Source: an uncultured Veillonellaceae bacterium (GTDB lineage: Bacteria > Bacillota > Negativicutes > JARBTT01). From it: DNA of 64,000 bases. The stretch lies in the NCBI GenBank assembly GCA_963805085.1, contig CAWDTA010000005.1:1-64000 (forward strand). Reading direction: 5' to 3'. The translations under genes were made by a program, and so were the position numbers. The stretch's first letter is position 1, and each line of letters begins with the position of its first letter. Positions 53,013-61,689 of this stretch are shown here, piece by piece. Under the pieces are notes generated by a model. That model ran no database searches. It saw only the letters and a list, made by a program, of their open reading frames with translations, and was not told the origin of the DNA.

Positions 53013-53972
53013 ATGTTAAACCTTAAAAGGAAAATTAAGTTTCTTTCTATGGCCACTTTGTTAATTTCATTGCTAGTTGTTAAGCCGGTTTCTGCTGCTT
53101 TTTGGGAACTCTCAGGTGATTTGAATTCGCACGATCCTAGTCTGATAAAAGATGGTAGTACATGGTGGTCTCCGAGTACGGGTACTGGATTGGCAATGAA
53201 ATATTCATCTGACGGTCTCGTTTGGCATCAAGGTACAAAGATATTTTCATCGGAACTTTCATGGTGGAGAACTTATGCTCCCAAAATGAGTACAAATGAT
53301 GTATGGGCTCCAGATATCAAATATTTCAATGGAAGATATTGGATGTATTATTCTGTATCGGAATTTGGTAAGAATAATTCAGCTATCGGTCTTACATCCT
53401 GTACAAGTGTCAATAAAGGGGATTGGAGGGACGACGGTATGGTTATATATTCAAAGTCAGGCTCTACCTCTTATAATGCTATTGATCCAAATCTTATAAT
53501 TGATGCCTCAAATATTCCCTGGTTAGTCTTTGGATCTTGGTTTGATGGTATTCATATCGTAAAGCTTGATTCTTCTACGATGAAACCTACAGGAAGTATA
53601 TATTCAATTGCAAAAAGAACTAATGGTATCGAAGGAGCGTGTATGATTTATACAAACGGCTATTACTACCTTTTTGCTTCAATTGACAAGTGTTGTGCAG
53701 GTGTTAACAGTACTTATAAAATTGTATATGGACGTTCAAAAAGTATTACTGGACCATATCTTGATAAAAATGGTGTAGATATGAAAAGTGGCGGAGGTAC
53801 TATTTTGGATTCAGGTAATAGCAGGTGGATAGGACCTGGTGGGCAATATGTATATAAAAATCGAAGTTCATGGGTAATAGCACGTCATGCTTATGATGCA
53901 AACAACGATGGCACAGCAACACTCTTGATTAGTGACCTTTCTTTTGATTCAAATAAGTGGCCAACTTATTAG
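53013..53972 (+). CDS. abnA: GH43 endo-1,5-alpha-L-arabinanase
   Basis: Signal peptide ending PVSA; SHDPS, VWAPD, NAIDP, FGSWFDGI, GIEGA; Bacillus AbnA-like. Confidence 0.88.
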   Translation: MLNLKRKIKFLSMATLLISLLVVKPVSAAFWELSGDLNSHDPSLIKDGSTWWSPSTGTGLAMKYSSDGLVWHQGTKIFSSELSWWRTYAPKMSTNDVWAPDIKYFNGRYWMYYSVSEFGKNNSAIGLTSCTSVNKGDWRDDGMVIYSKSGSTSYNAIDPNLIIDASNIPWLVFGSWFDGIHIVKLDSSTMKPTGSIYSIAKRTNGIEGACMIYTNGYYYLFASIDKCCAGVNSTYKIVYGRSKSITGPYLDKNGVDMKSGGGTILDSGNSRWIGPGGQYVYKNRSSWVIARHAYDANNDGTATLLISDLSFDSNKWPTY

Positions 53973-53990
53973 GAAGCTATAAAAATTGAA

Positions 53991-54325
53991 ATGTGTAGAA
54001 TCTATAAAGCAACAGAAGACATAATTATGGCTGAGGAAGTAGAGCACGCTGATATTAACAGATTTGGATAAGAAAAAATATGTCATGGTTAAGCAACAAG
54101 AGGAAGTCACGATATATAATCTTTCCCTGTTTGATCATCTCAATGAAATAGCTGACGACATTTCATTCGAAGAGTATAGAGACACATTACCTATGCGAAA
54201 TTAGACAAGGAATTATTAGAGATGGGAATCAAACCTAGGAGGATGGATTATTTAAAGTTTGATTGGAAATATATCATAGACAAAGGCTCAACTAGCAGCT
54301 CAAATTGAACTGCCAGTTGAGCCTT
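53991..54325 (+). pseudogene. Near full-length frameshifted copy of the 107-aa ORF with hairpin
   Basis: MCRIYKATEDIIMAEEVEHADI...ELLEMGIKPRRMDYLKFDWKYIIDKGSTSS; indels. Confidence 0.85.
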
Positions 54326-54524
54326 GATTTTTTTATCTTAGCTTAGGAACATCAATTATTGATAAAATTTTATGACAATATTAATATGGGAGCGTGAGCT
54401 TAATGTCAAAAAGAAAATGCCGTAATTGAATTATTTTATCACAAACTTGTATGGAGGTATTCACAAGTAAATTTAGTAAATCGTTGTTAATGATATGAGC
54501 AAAAAAAACGAATTTGACCAAATC

Positions 54525-54541
54525 TTGGCATGGAAAATGCA
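54525..54541 (+). promoter_or_regulatory. Sigma54 (-24/-12) promoter of the PTS operon
   Basis: TTGGCATGGAAAATGCA (GG-N10-GC); a GAFTGA activator is encoded downstream. Confidence 0.75.
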
Positions 54542-54591
54542 TTAATAAATGGTTAGAAGTGCACTGGATTTATAAAGAAAGGAGGGATTGG

Positions 54592-55062
54592 ATGTTAAAT
54601 GTAAAGTTGCTAGACCCTGCGTTAATAGTAATTAATATGGATAAGAAAAGCAAGTATGATGTCATGAGAGAGTTGGCGAAATTATTGGTAGAGCAAGAGG
54701 CCGTGAAACCAAGTTACTTGCAGGCACTTGTTGAAAGAGAGGACATATATCCAACGGGATTACAAACTAAAGACATTGGCGTTGCTATACCGCATGCTGA
54801 TGTAAAACATGTATTGAAGCCAAGTATTGCAATTGCTACTATGAAAAATTCAGTGCAGTTTAATTCAATGGCTAATCCTAGTGATACACTTGATGTTAAA
54901 ATGGTATTTATGCTTGCACTAAAAGAACCAAAAAAACAATTGCAACTTCTTCAAGATTTAGTAGTATTGTTTCAATCGTCTGAACTAATAGAAAAAATGC
55001 TTAGGAGTGATGATGCACAAACATTTATTAATGTGGTAAATCAAATAGAACAAAACGGATAA
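54592..55062 (+). CDS. PTS EIIA, galactitol (Gat) family
   Basis: ERE..YPTGL...VAIPHAD. Confidence 0.9.
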   Translation: MLNVKLLDPALIVINMDKKSKYDVMRELAKLLVEQEAVKPSYLQALVEREDIYPTGLQTKDIGVAIPHADVKHVLKPSIAIATMKNSVQFNSMANPSDTLDVKMVFMLALKEPKKQLQLLQDLVVLFQSSELIEKMLRSDDAQTFINVVNQIEQNG

Positions 55063-55113
55063 AGAGTAAAACTAAAAAATTATATTAATTAGAAATAGGG
55101 AGGTGCTAGCGAC

Positions 55114-55419
55114 ATGGGAAAAGTAAAAATTATGTGTGTATGCGGAACTGGAATAGCTACGTCTACTGTTGTTAATAATGGAGTGTCTAATATTTGTAAA
55201 AAAAATGATTTCGCATATGATATTATGCAATGCAAAACTCTTGAGGTAAAGTCTAAATTAAATAGTTTTCGTCCAGATTTAATTGTTTCAACTACTCCAA
55301 TTTCTGCTGAGACCAACGTACCTATTATAAATGGAATTGCATTTTTATCTGGTGTAGGTTTGGACAATATTGAACAACAAATTGTTTCTGCATTAAAACA
55401 AACTCTGGGGGTGAAATAA
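55114..55419 (+). CDS. PTS EIIB, Gat family
   Basis: CVCGTGIATST phosphocysteine loop. Confidence 0.9.
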   Translation: MGKVKIMCVCGTGIATSTVVNNGVSNICKKNDFAYDIMQCKTLEVKSKLNSFRPDLIVSTTPISAETNVPIINGIAFLSGVGLDNIEQQIVSALKQTLGVK

Positions 55420-55420
55420 A

Positions 55421-56683
55421 ATGTTAGATATAATCCAATTTATCCTTGGATTAGGTCCGGCTGTTATGATGCCAATTATTATCACTATCTTGGGATTGGT
55501 TTTAGGACAAAGCTTTAGCAAAGCATTTAGAGCGGGTCTTATTATCGGTGTTGGTTTTGTTGGAATAAATATGGTTATTGGGCTGTTAATTAACACATTA
55601 GGTCCAGTAACACAAGCTATGGTTAAAAATCTTGGGGTCGAACTAGATATACTTGATGTTGGTTGGCCTATATCAGCTGCTGTAAGTTTTGGATCGGTAA
55701 TTGTACCAGTAATTATGCCGCTAATACTTTTATTTAATGTATTTTTGTTGGCAATCAATCAAACAAAAACAGCAAATGTTGATATCTGGAATTACTGGCA
55801 AATGCTGTTTTGTGGCGCAATAGTATATCATTCTACAAACCAAAACTGGTATTTAACTATCGCTGCAGTGTTAATTTGTGAGTTTGTAACTTTAAAACTT
55901 GCAGATATAACAGCACCTATGGTAGAAAAATATTTTGGGTTACCCGGTATTTCATTACCACATGTAGGGACCGTTGGGTGGTATCCCGTTGCCTATATCT
56001 TTAATAAGATTTTGGATAAAGTTCCGGGGATAAATAGTGTATATATTGATCAAAAAAAGGTACAAGAAAAATTCGGAATATTCGGAGAACCATTGTTTAT
56101 AGGCCTAGTTCTTGGATCTATATTAGCGATATTGGCTAAATATGATGCAGGGAAAATTTTGACTACTGGCGTTACTTTGGGTGCAGTAATGGTCATTTTA
56201 CCAAGAATGGTAGCAATCTTAATGGAAGGATTAATTCCATTATCTGAGGGGGCAAGAGAATTTTTGAAAAAAAGATTTCCGGGAAGAGAGTTCTACATTG
56301 GCTTAGATACGGCTATTGTAATAGGAAATCCGGCAGTTATGTCGACTGCTATCATAATGATTCCAGTTGCAGTATTATTGTCGTTGGTAGTTCCAGGAAA
56401 TCATTTTCTCCCATTTACAGATCTTGTTATGTTAACATTTATTTTAAGTTTTCCTGTTGCGGTAACGAATGGGAATATATTTAGGTCTATAATTATTAGT
56501 CTGTTAATTGTTCCGCTATGCTTATTAATTGCAACAGATTTTGGACCGGTTCATACAATAATGGGACATGCTGTTGGATTTCAGTTTCCTGAAGGAACGA
56601 CAACGATTAGTAGTTTATATGGAGGTACATTACAAATTCCATGGCTTATTTGGAAACCATTATCAATATTCTTTGGACACTAA
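55421..56683 (+). CDS. PTS EIIC, GatC family
   Basis: DILDVGWP, NVDIWNYW, LPRMVAILMEGLIPLSE. Confidence 0.92.
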   Translation: MLDIIQFILGLGPAVMMPIIITILGLVLGQSFSKAFRAGLIIGVGFVGINMVIGLLINTLGPVTQAMVKNLGVELDILDVGWPISAAVSFGSVIVPVIMPLILLFNVFLLAINQTKTANVDIWNYWQMLFCGAIVYHSTNQNWYLTIAAVLICEFVTLKLADITAPMVEKYFGLPGISLPHVGTVGWYPVAYIFNKILDKVPGINSVYIDQKKVQEKFGIFGEPLFIGLVLGSILAILAKYDAGKILTTGVTLGAVMVILPRMVAILMEGLIPLSEGAREFLKKRFPGREFYIGLDTAIVIGNPAVMSTAIIMIPVAVLLSLVVPGNHFLPFTDLVMLTFILSFPVAVTNGNIFRSIIISLLIVPLCLLIATDFGPVHTIMGHAVGFQFPEGTTTISSLYGGTLQIPWLIWKPLSIFFGH

Positions 56684-56779
56684 TATGTGAGAATTTTATA
56701 TGAGAAGACGGAGGTGTATCCTCGTCGCATTGATAATAAATGGATACACCTTACTAATTTTAGAAAAGAGGAATAAATT

Positions 56780-57826
56780 ATGCAAGCAATAGTATTTAAA
56801 GGACCTAAAGATTTTGAAATGCAAGAGATTCCGATTCCAGTATGTCCTACGGAAGGCATTTTAGTAAAGATTATAGCGGTGGGGCTGTGTGGATCTGATA
56901 TTCGAACTTTTGATGTTGGACATGGGAAAGTTACTCCTCCACAGGTAATAGGTCATGAAGTTGCTGGGGTAATAGAAGAAATAGGGAAGGGTGTTTCTGG
57001 TTTTTCAGTAGGGGACAAAGTCGCAATCAATCCGATTATTCCTTGTGGTCATTGTGAATATTGCAAAATGGGCTATGGAAACCATTGTAGAACTCTTGAG
57101 TTTTTAGGAACGACTATACCTGGTGGATATGCTCAATATGTGGCAATTCCAAAAGTGGCTTTGGTCAATAATTGTGTAATTAAAATAACTAGCGATTTAC
57201 CACTTGAATATGTTCCATTGGCAGAAACCACAGCTTCTGTAATTTGCGCGCAAAAAAATATGAATGTAACAAAGGGTGATACAGTTGTAATTTTTGGGGC
57301 AGGACCTATTGGTTGTTTGCATGCAGCTATTGCTAAAGCACGTGGAGCAAAAAAAGTAATTATGTCAGAAATCAATGAAACTAGATTGAATATTGTAAGA
57401 AAATTTAAAAGTATTGATGTTTTTGTAAATTCATCACAGAAAGATATTAATGAAGTCATATTGAGTGAAACCGGAAACTTAGGAGCGGATGTTGCTATTG
57501 TTGCTTGTCCGGTAGGAGCAGTCCAAGTACAAGCCATTAATGTGGTGAGAAAAAGAGGTAGAGTATGTTTCTTTGGTGGATTACCAATCAACAATTGTCA
57601 TATTAATCTCAATAGTAATAAAATTCATTATGATGAAATTGCTATTTTTGGTGCATTTGCGTATGATCCGAAGGAATTTATTGAAGCTTTTCATTTAATT
57701 TCAGAAGGAAAGGTACCAGCGGATCAGTTTGTTACGGATATATTGCCACTCAAGGACATTGCTAAAGGAATAGATATTATTAAAAATGGACTGGGTGTTA
57801 AAGTGGTTTTAAAACCTTGGGACTGA
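56780..57826 (+). CDS. Zn-dependent (MDR) polyol/sugar-phosphate dehydrogenase
   Basis: GLCGSD, GHE, CGHCEYC...C, GAGPIG. Confidence 0.9.
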   Translation: MQAIVFKGPKDFEMQEIPIPVCPTEGILVKIIAVGLCGSDIRTFDVGHGKVTPPQVIGHEVAGVIEEIGKGVSGFSVGDKVAINPIIPCGHCEYCKMGYGNHCRTLEFLGTTIPGGYAQYVAIPKVALVNNCVIKITSDLPLEYVPLAETTASVICAQKNMNVTKGDTVVIFGAGPIGCLHAAIAKARGAKKVIMSEINETRLNIVRKFKSIDVFVNSSQKDINEVILSETGNLGADVAIVACPVGAVQVQAINVVRKRGRVCFFGGLPINNCHINLNSNKIHYDEIAIFGAFAYDPKEFIEAFHLISEGKVPADQFVTDILPLKDIAKGIDIIKNGLGVKVVLKPWD

Positions 57827-57876
57827 GATCTTAACTTTAGGGTTAATTTTTATCAGTAATGAAGGGGGAATGGAAG

Positions 57877-58740
57877 ATGGCAGTTGATTTACACGTGCAT
57901 ACTATAGCGAGTAGTGACGGTGAATTTTCACCTTTAGAGATAGTTAAACTTGCACATGAATATCAACTTCAAGCAATTGCTATAACAGATCATGATACTA
58001 TTGACAGTGTTGATGAGGCTATTTATTTGGGAAAAGAATATAACGTAGAAATTATACCCGGCTGTGAATTTTCTTCGATATATAAAAATAGGTGGCTTCA
58101 TATTTTAGGATATTATATTGATTATCATAATAGCGATCTTATTAGCTTATGTAAAAAAGTAGAGACAGCAAGAGCAAATAATGTTGATGCGCAAATAGTT
58201 AAATTGCGTCAAGCTGGTTTCTATTTGGAAAAGGAAGAAGTTTTAGAGGATAGTTCAATTCCGTTGCCAATTTCTTTTGGAAAAGCTATATTTTTAGATT
58301 CAAGAAATAATGGTAACCAACTTATAGAAAAATATCGGCAAGAGAAAAACGGCATACTTACGTTTTGCCAAGAGTGGTTGATTTATGGACGACCATATAA
58401 TGCTATGCAATATTTTCCGAAGACCGAAGAGGTTATTAAGCTTATATTGCAATGTGGTGGTGTTCCTATTTTGGCACATCCTGGAGCTAGCTTACAAGAA
58501 GGTGAGGATGAATTAATTGTTGGTTTAATAAAGGAAGGGCTTGCTGGAATTGAAGTGTTTACAAATTGGCATAATGAAAATCAAGAAAAGCATTACCACC
58601 GTTTTTGTCGAGATACAGACATGATTGCTACTGCTGGCAGTGATTTTCATGGGAAAATTAAACCCAATATTTCATTTGGGCAGATAAAAAACAATGGGTA
58701 TGATATTGTTGAACTTTTGAAGTCCAAAATACTATTGTGA
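57877..58740 (+). CDS. PHP-family phosphoesterase
   Basis: DLHVHT..SDG, ITDHD, HILGY, LAHP, GSDFHG. Confidence 0.9.
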   Translation: MAVDLHVHTIASSDGEFSPLEIVKLAHEYQLQAIAITDHDTIDSVDEAIYLGKEYNVEIIPGCEFSSIYKNRWLHILGYYIDYHNSDLISLCKKVETARANNVDAQIVKLRQAGFYLEKEEVLEDSSIPLPISFGKAIFLDSRNNGNQLIEKYRQEKNGILTFCQEWLIYGRPYNAMQYFPKTEEVIKLILQCGGVPILAHPGASLQEGEDELIVGLIKEGLAGIEVFTNWHNENQEKHYHRFCRDTDMIATAGSDFHGKIKPNISFGQIKNNGYDIVELLKSKILL

Positions 58741-58869
58741 TTAAAATAATCTGTACAATATCTCCTCAAATATAATTTCGCTATTGAAAATATTTTCTAT
58801 ATTGATGTTATTTTCTTTTAATGTAAAATAAAAATTGAAGGGACCTTCAATAAGAGGAGCGGTCTACAA

Positions 58870-59847
58870 ATGCAGTCGTCGGTATACGATCAATCTACGT
58901 TTCTAGTATTTAAAGCCGCATATCTTTATTATTTTCAGGATAAACCACAAAATGAAATTGCTGATATATTGAATATATCTATATCAACAGTATCTCGTTT
59001 AATTAGAAAAGCTAAGCAAGATGGGATTGTAGAATTTGTAATTCGGAATCCATATATGGATTGTCTCGAAACAGAAGATCAAATCAAAAATAAGTTTAAT
59101 TTAAGGGATGTAATAGTCGTACCACCGATTAAAGAAATTGGGAACCATTTAGAAACCAAAGCTAATGCAAGAAAACTTGTAGCACTTGAAGGCGCACGAT
59201 ATGTTCAGCGAATTATTACCGAGAATGATGTTTTAGGACTTAGTTGGGGAAAAACAATGTATGATTTAATTCATTACTTAAATCCTTGTCAAAAAGTCAA
59301 TGCCAGTTTTGTTACAATGCATGGAAGTATTTCAGGGTGTCATCCAGATTTAGATGTGCTGGCATTAGGATCGCGGATATCTATGGCTTTTGGTGGACAG
59401 AATTATTCACTTTTAGCAGAAGGGTTAATGAGTAATGAAAAAATAGTGGCTTCTGTAAAAAACGAAAAATATGTCAATAAAATATTTGAAATATTCAAAC
59501 ACATAAGTATATCTTTGACAAGTGTAGGTGCTTTTTTCCCCAATGTAGATTCATTACTTTATAAACAAGGAGGATATCTTCTTGATAGTGAAATTCGTGA
59601 ATTGAAACAGAAAGGTGCAGTAGGTGATATAAGCCTTAGATTTGTTAATAGCCAAGGGAATGAATGCGATACATCCTTTAGAAATCGTACCATTGGAATA
59701 GAGTTAGACCTATTTAAAAAAATCAGAACAAAAATCATGGTTGCTTCTGGAGAATCCAAAGTCCATGCTCTAAAAGGAGTTTTGGCAGGTGGTTTAACTG
59801 ATATATTGATTATTGATTATGCTTTAGGAAAAGCAGTGTTAAATTAG
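58870..59847 (+). CDS. SorC/DeoR-family sugar-binding regulator
   Basis: AAYLYYFQDKPQNEIA HTH, GLSWGKTM, GAVGDI. Confidence 0.92.
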   Translation: MQSSVYDQSTFLVFKAAYLYYFQDKPQNEIADILNISISTVSRLIRKAKQDGIVEFVIRNPYMDCLETEDQIKNKFNLRDVIVVPPIKEIGNHLETKANARKLVALEGARYVQRIITENDVLGLSWGKTMYDLIHYLNPCQKVNASFVTMHGSISGCHPDLDVLALGSRISMAFGGQNYSLLAEGLMSNEKIVASVKNEKYVNKIFEIFKHISISLTSVGAFFPNVDSLLYKQGGYLLDSEIRELKQKGAVGDISLRFVNSQGNECDTSFRNRTIGIELDLFKKIRTKIMVASGESKVHALKGVLAGGLTDILIIDYALGKAVLN

Positions 59848-59927
59848 GTAAGGGATAGTAGTTAGTTTCGTGATGGGCCCGTCAAAAAACTAACTATTGT
59901 TTCAAAATATAAAAGGGGGTATTCACA

Positions 59928-61247
59928 ATGTATATTGATCCTTTATTTATGCAATTTTCTGATGGTATAGAGGAAGACAAATATGTAATTGCAACTTACT
60001 ATGTGGCAAATGCCAAATCAATGGAAGCTGTTAAATATGCTGCAGCATTAGCTGTTGAACAAACCACAGGTACGTGGATTTCAGTACCTGGCGAAACTCA
60101 TGAGGTAAGAGAAAAACATCTTGGACGTGTAGTTGGTATTTATGAAGTTCCTGCATACTCTGATTCATATCCTGCAGATCTTACTGAAAGACACTTTGTT
60201 TTACGATTGGCATTCCCAGCACATAATTTTGGCGCTCAATTTGCTATGATGTTTACAGCGGTAATTGGAAACATTTCGAGTATGGGAAAATTAAAATTGC
60301 TAGATCTTGAATTTCCTCGTAAATTTTTGAAGGAATTCAAGGGTGCTAAGTTTGGTGTAGAAGGAATACGGAAGCTGTTAGGCGTTTACGACAGACCTTT
60401 AGTAAATACTATGATAAAACCATGTATTGGTTTAAATCCTAAACAAACTGCTGAACTTGCCCATAAAATAGCACTTGGCGGGGTAGATATCATAAAAGAT
60501 GATGAATTAACAGCTAGTCCAGATCATTGTCCTTTGGTAGATAGAGTTAAAGCTGTTATGGCAGCTTTGAAATCTGCTGATGCAGAAAAAGGTGAAAAAA
60601 CGCTTTATACTTTTAATATTACAGATAGAACAGAAAAATTAAGAGAAAATGCTCTTCGCGCAATTGATGCTGGTGCAAATGCTTTAATGGTCAATGCTTG
60701 GCCGATTGGAATGGATGCTTGTAGAATGCTTGCTGAAGATCCTGAAATTAATGTACCTATTCTGTCTCATTGTGATATGCAAGGGGCATTATATGAATCA
60801 CCATGGTCTGGGATGTCTGCTAGTTTGGTTTGTTCGAAGTTACCTCGTCTTGCTGGTCTTGATATGGGGATTGTCTTAAGTCCTTATGGAAAATTCCCAC
60901 TTACAATGGATACATTTATTCAAGCAGGATATGCTTGTTTGACCCCATGGCAGCATATTAAACCAATGATGCCAATGCCTGGTGGCGGGACAACGCAAGG
61001 TCATATTGAAGAGCTTATAAACAAATTTGGCAAGGATGTTATTATAGCTGCTGGTGGTGCAGTAGTAGGACATCCTCAAGGAACTACTGCTGGTGGTAAG
61101 GCATTTAGGCAAGGTATTGATGCGGTAATGAAAGGGCAATCTTTAAAAGATGCTTGTCTAGATAGTAAAAATAAAGAACTCAAATCCGCTATTGATGCTT
61201 GGGGCGTTTACGGAGAAAAGAAAATCTTTGATCTTAAGGCCAAATAA
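59928..61247 (+). CDS. RuBisCO-like protein (Form IV)
   Basis: EQTTGTW, KPCIGL, GGVDIIKDDE, ILSHCD, PYGKF, PGGG, GGAVVGHPQG. Confidence 0.92.
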   Translation: MYIDPLFMQFSDGIEEDKYVIATYYVANAKSMEAVKYAAALAVEQTTGTWISVPGETHEVREKHLGRVVGIYEVPAYSDSYPADLTERHFVLRLAFPAHNFGAQFAMMFTAVIGNISSMGKLKLLDLEFPRKFLKEFKGAKFGVEGIRKLLGVYDRPLVNTMIKPCIGLNPKQTAELAHKIALGGVDIIKDDELTASPDHCPLVDRVKAVMAALKSADAEKGEKTLYTFNITDRTEKLRENALRAIDAGANALMVNAWPIGMDACRMLAEDPEINVPILSHCDMQGALYESPWSGMSASLVCSKLPRLAGLDMGIVLSPYGKFPLTMDTFIQAGYACLTPWQHIKPMMPMPGGGTTQGHIEELINKFGKDVIIAAGGAVVGHPQGTTAGGKAFRQGIDAVMKGQSLKDACLDSKNKELKSAIDAWGVYGEKKIFDLKAK

Positions 61248-61259
61248 AATTATAAAAAA

Positions 61260-61306
61260 TAGACAAGGAGAGCCTGGGTCATATACTCAGGCTCTCCTTT
61301 GTCTAT
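61260..61306 (+). terminator. Hairpin after the RLP gene
   Basis: TAGACAAGGAGAGCCTGGGT...ACTCAGGCTCTCCTTTGTCTA. Confidence 0.7.
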
Positions 61307-61689
61307 ACTAATATTAATAAATGTTTATATATGTAGAAATATGTCGAATTTTATTACTTATAATGTTATTATATATATGATAGAAGTACTTAGACAAGAG
61401 GAGCTATAAGGAATAAATAGGTTGTATTTAAATATCGCATAAAAAGATAGAAAATTTTGAATTTATAATAAAATTCAAAAGTGGACAATTATTTGAATAA
61501 AAAATTGCAAGAAGGTTTCATGGCTTTTTACATAGTATAGATGTAAAATTTTTAGTTAAAAACGTTAAATAATAGCAGTATGCTAACCTCAGAATAACCT
61601 CTTTTTCAGTCATTAAAAATGGAATGCAGTTCAATCAAGGTATTCATATTAAATTTGACTATAAGTAATAATTAGGGGGAGAATAAGTC

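Noticed and set aside
59928-61247. True RuBisCO / CO2 fixation, or a methionine-salvage enolase
   Set aside because: K177, R295 and H327 equivalents are substituted; no PRK, small subunit or mtn genes; the context is sugar catabolism.
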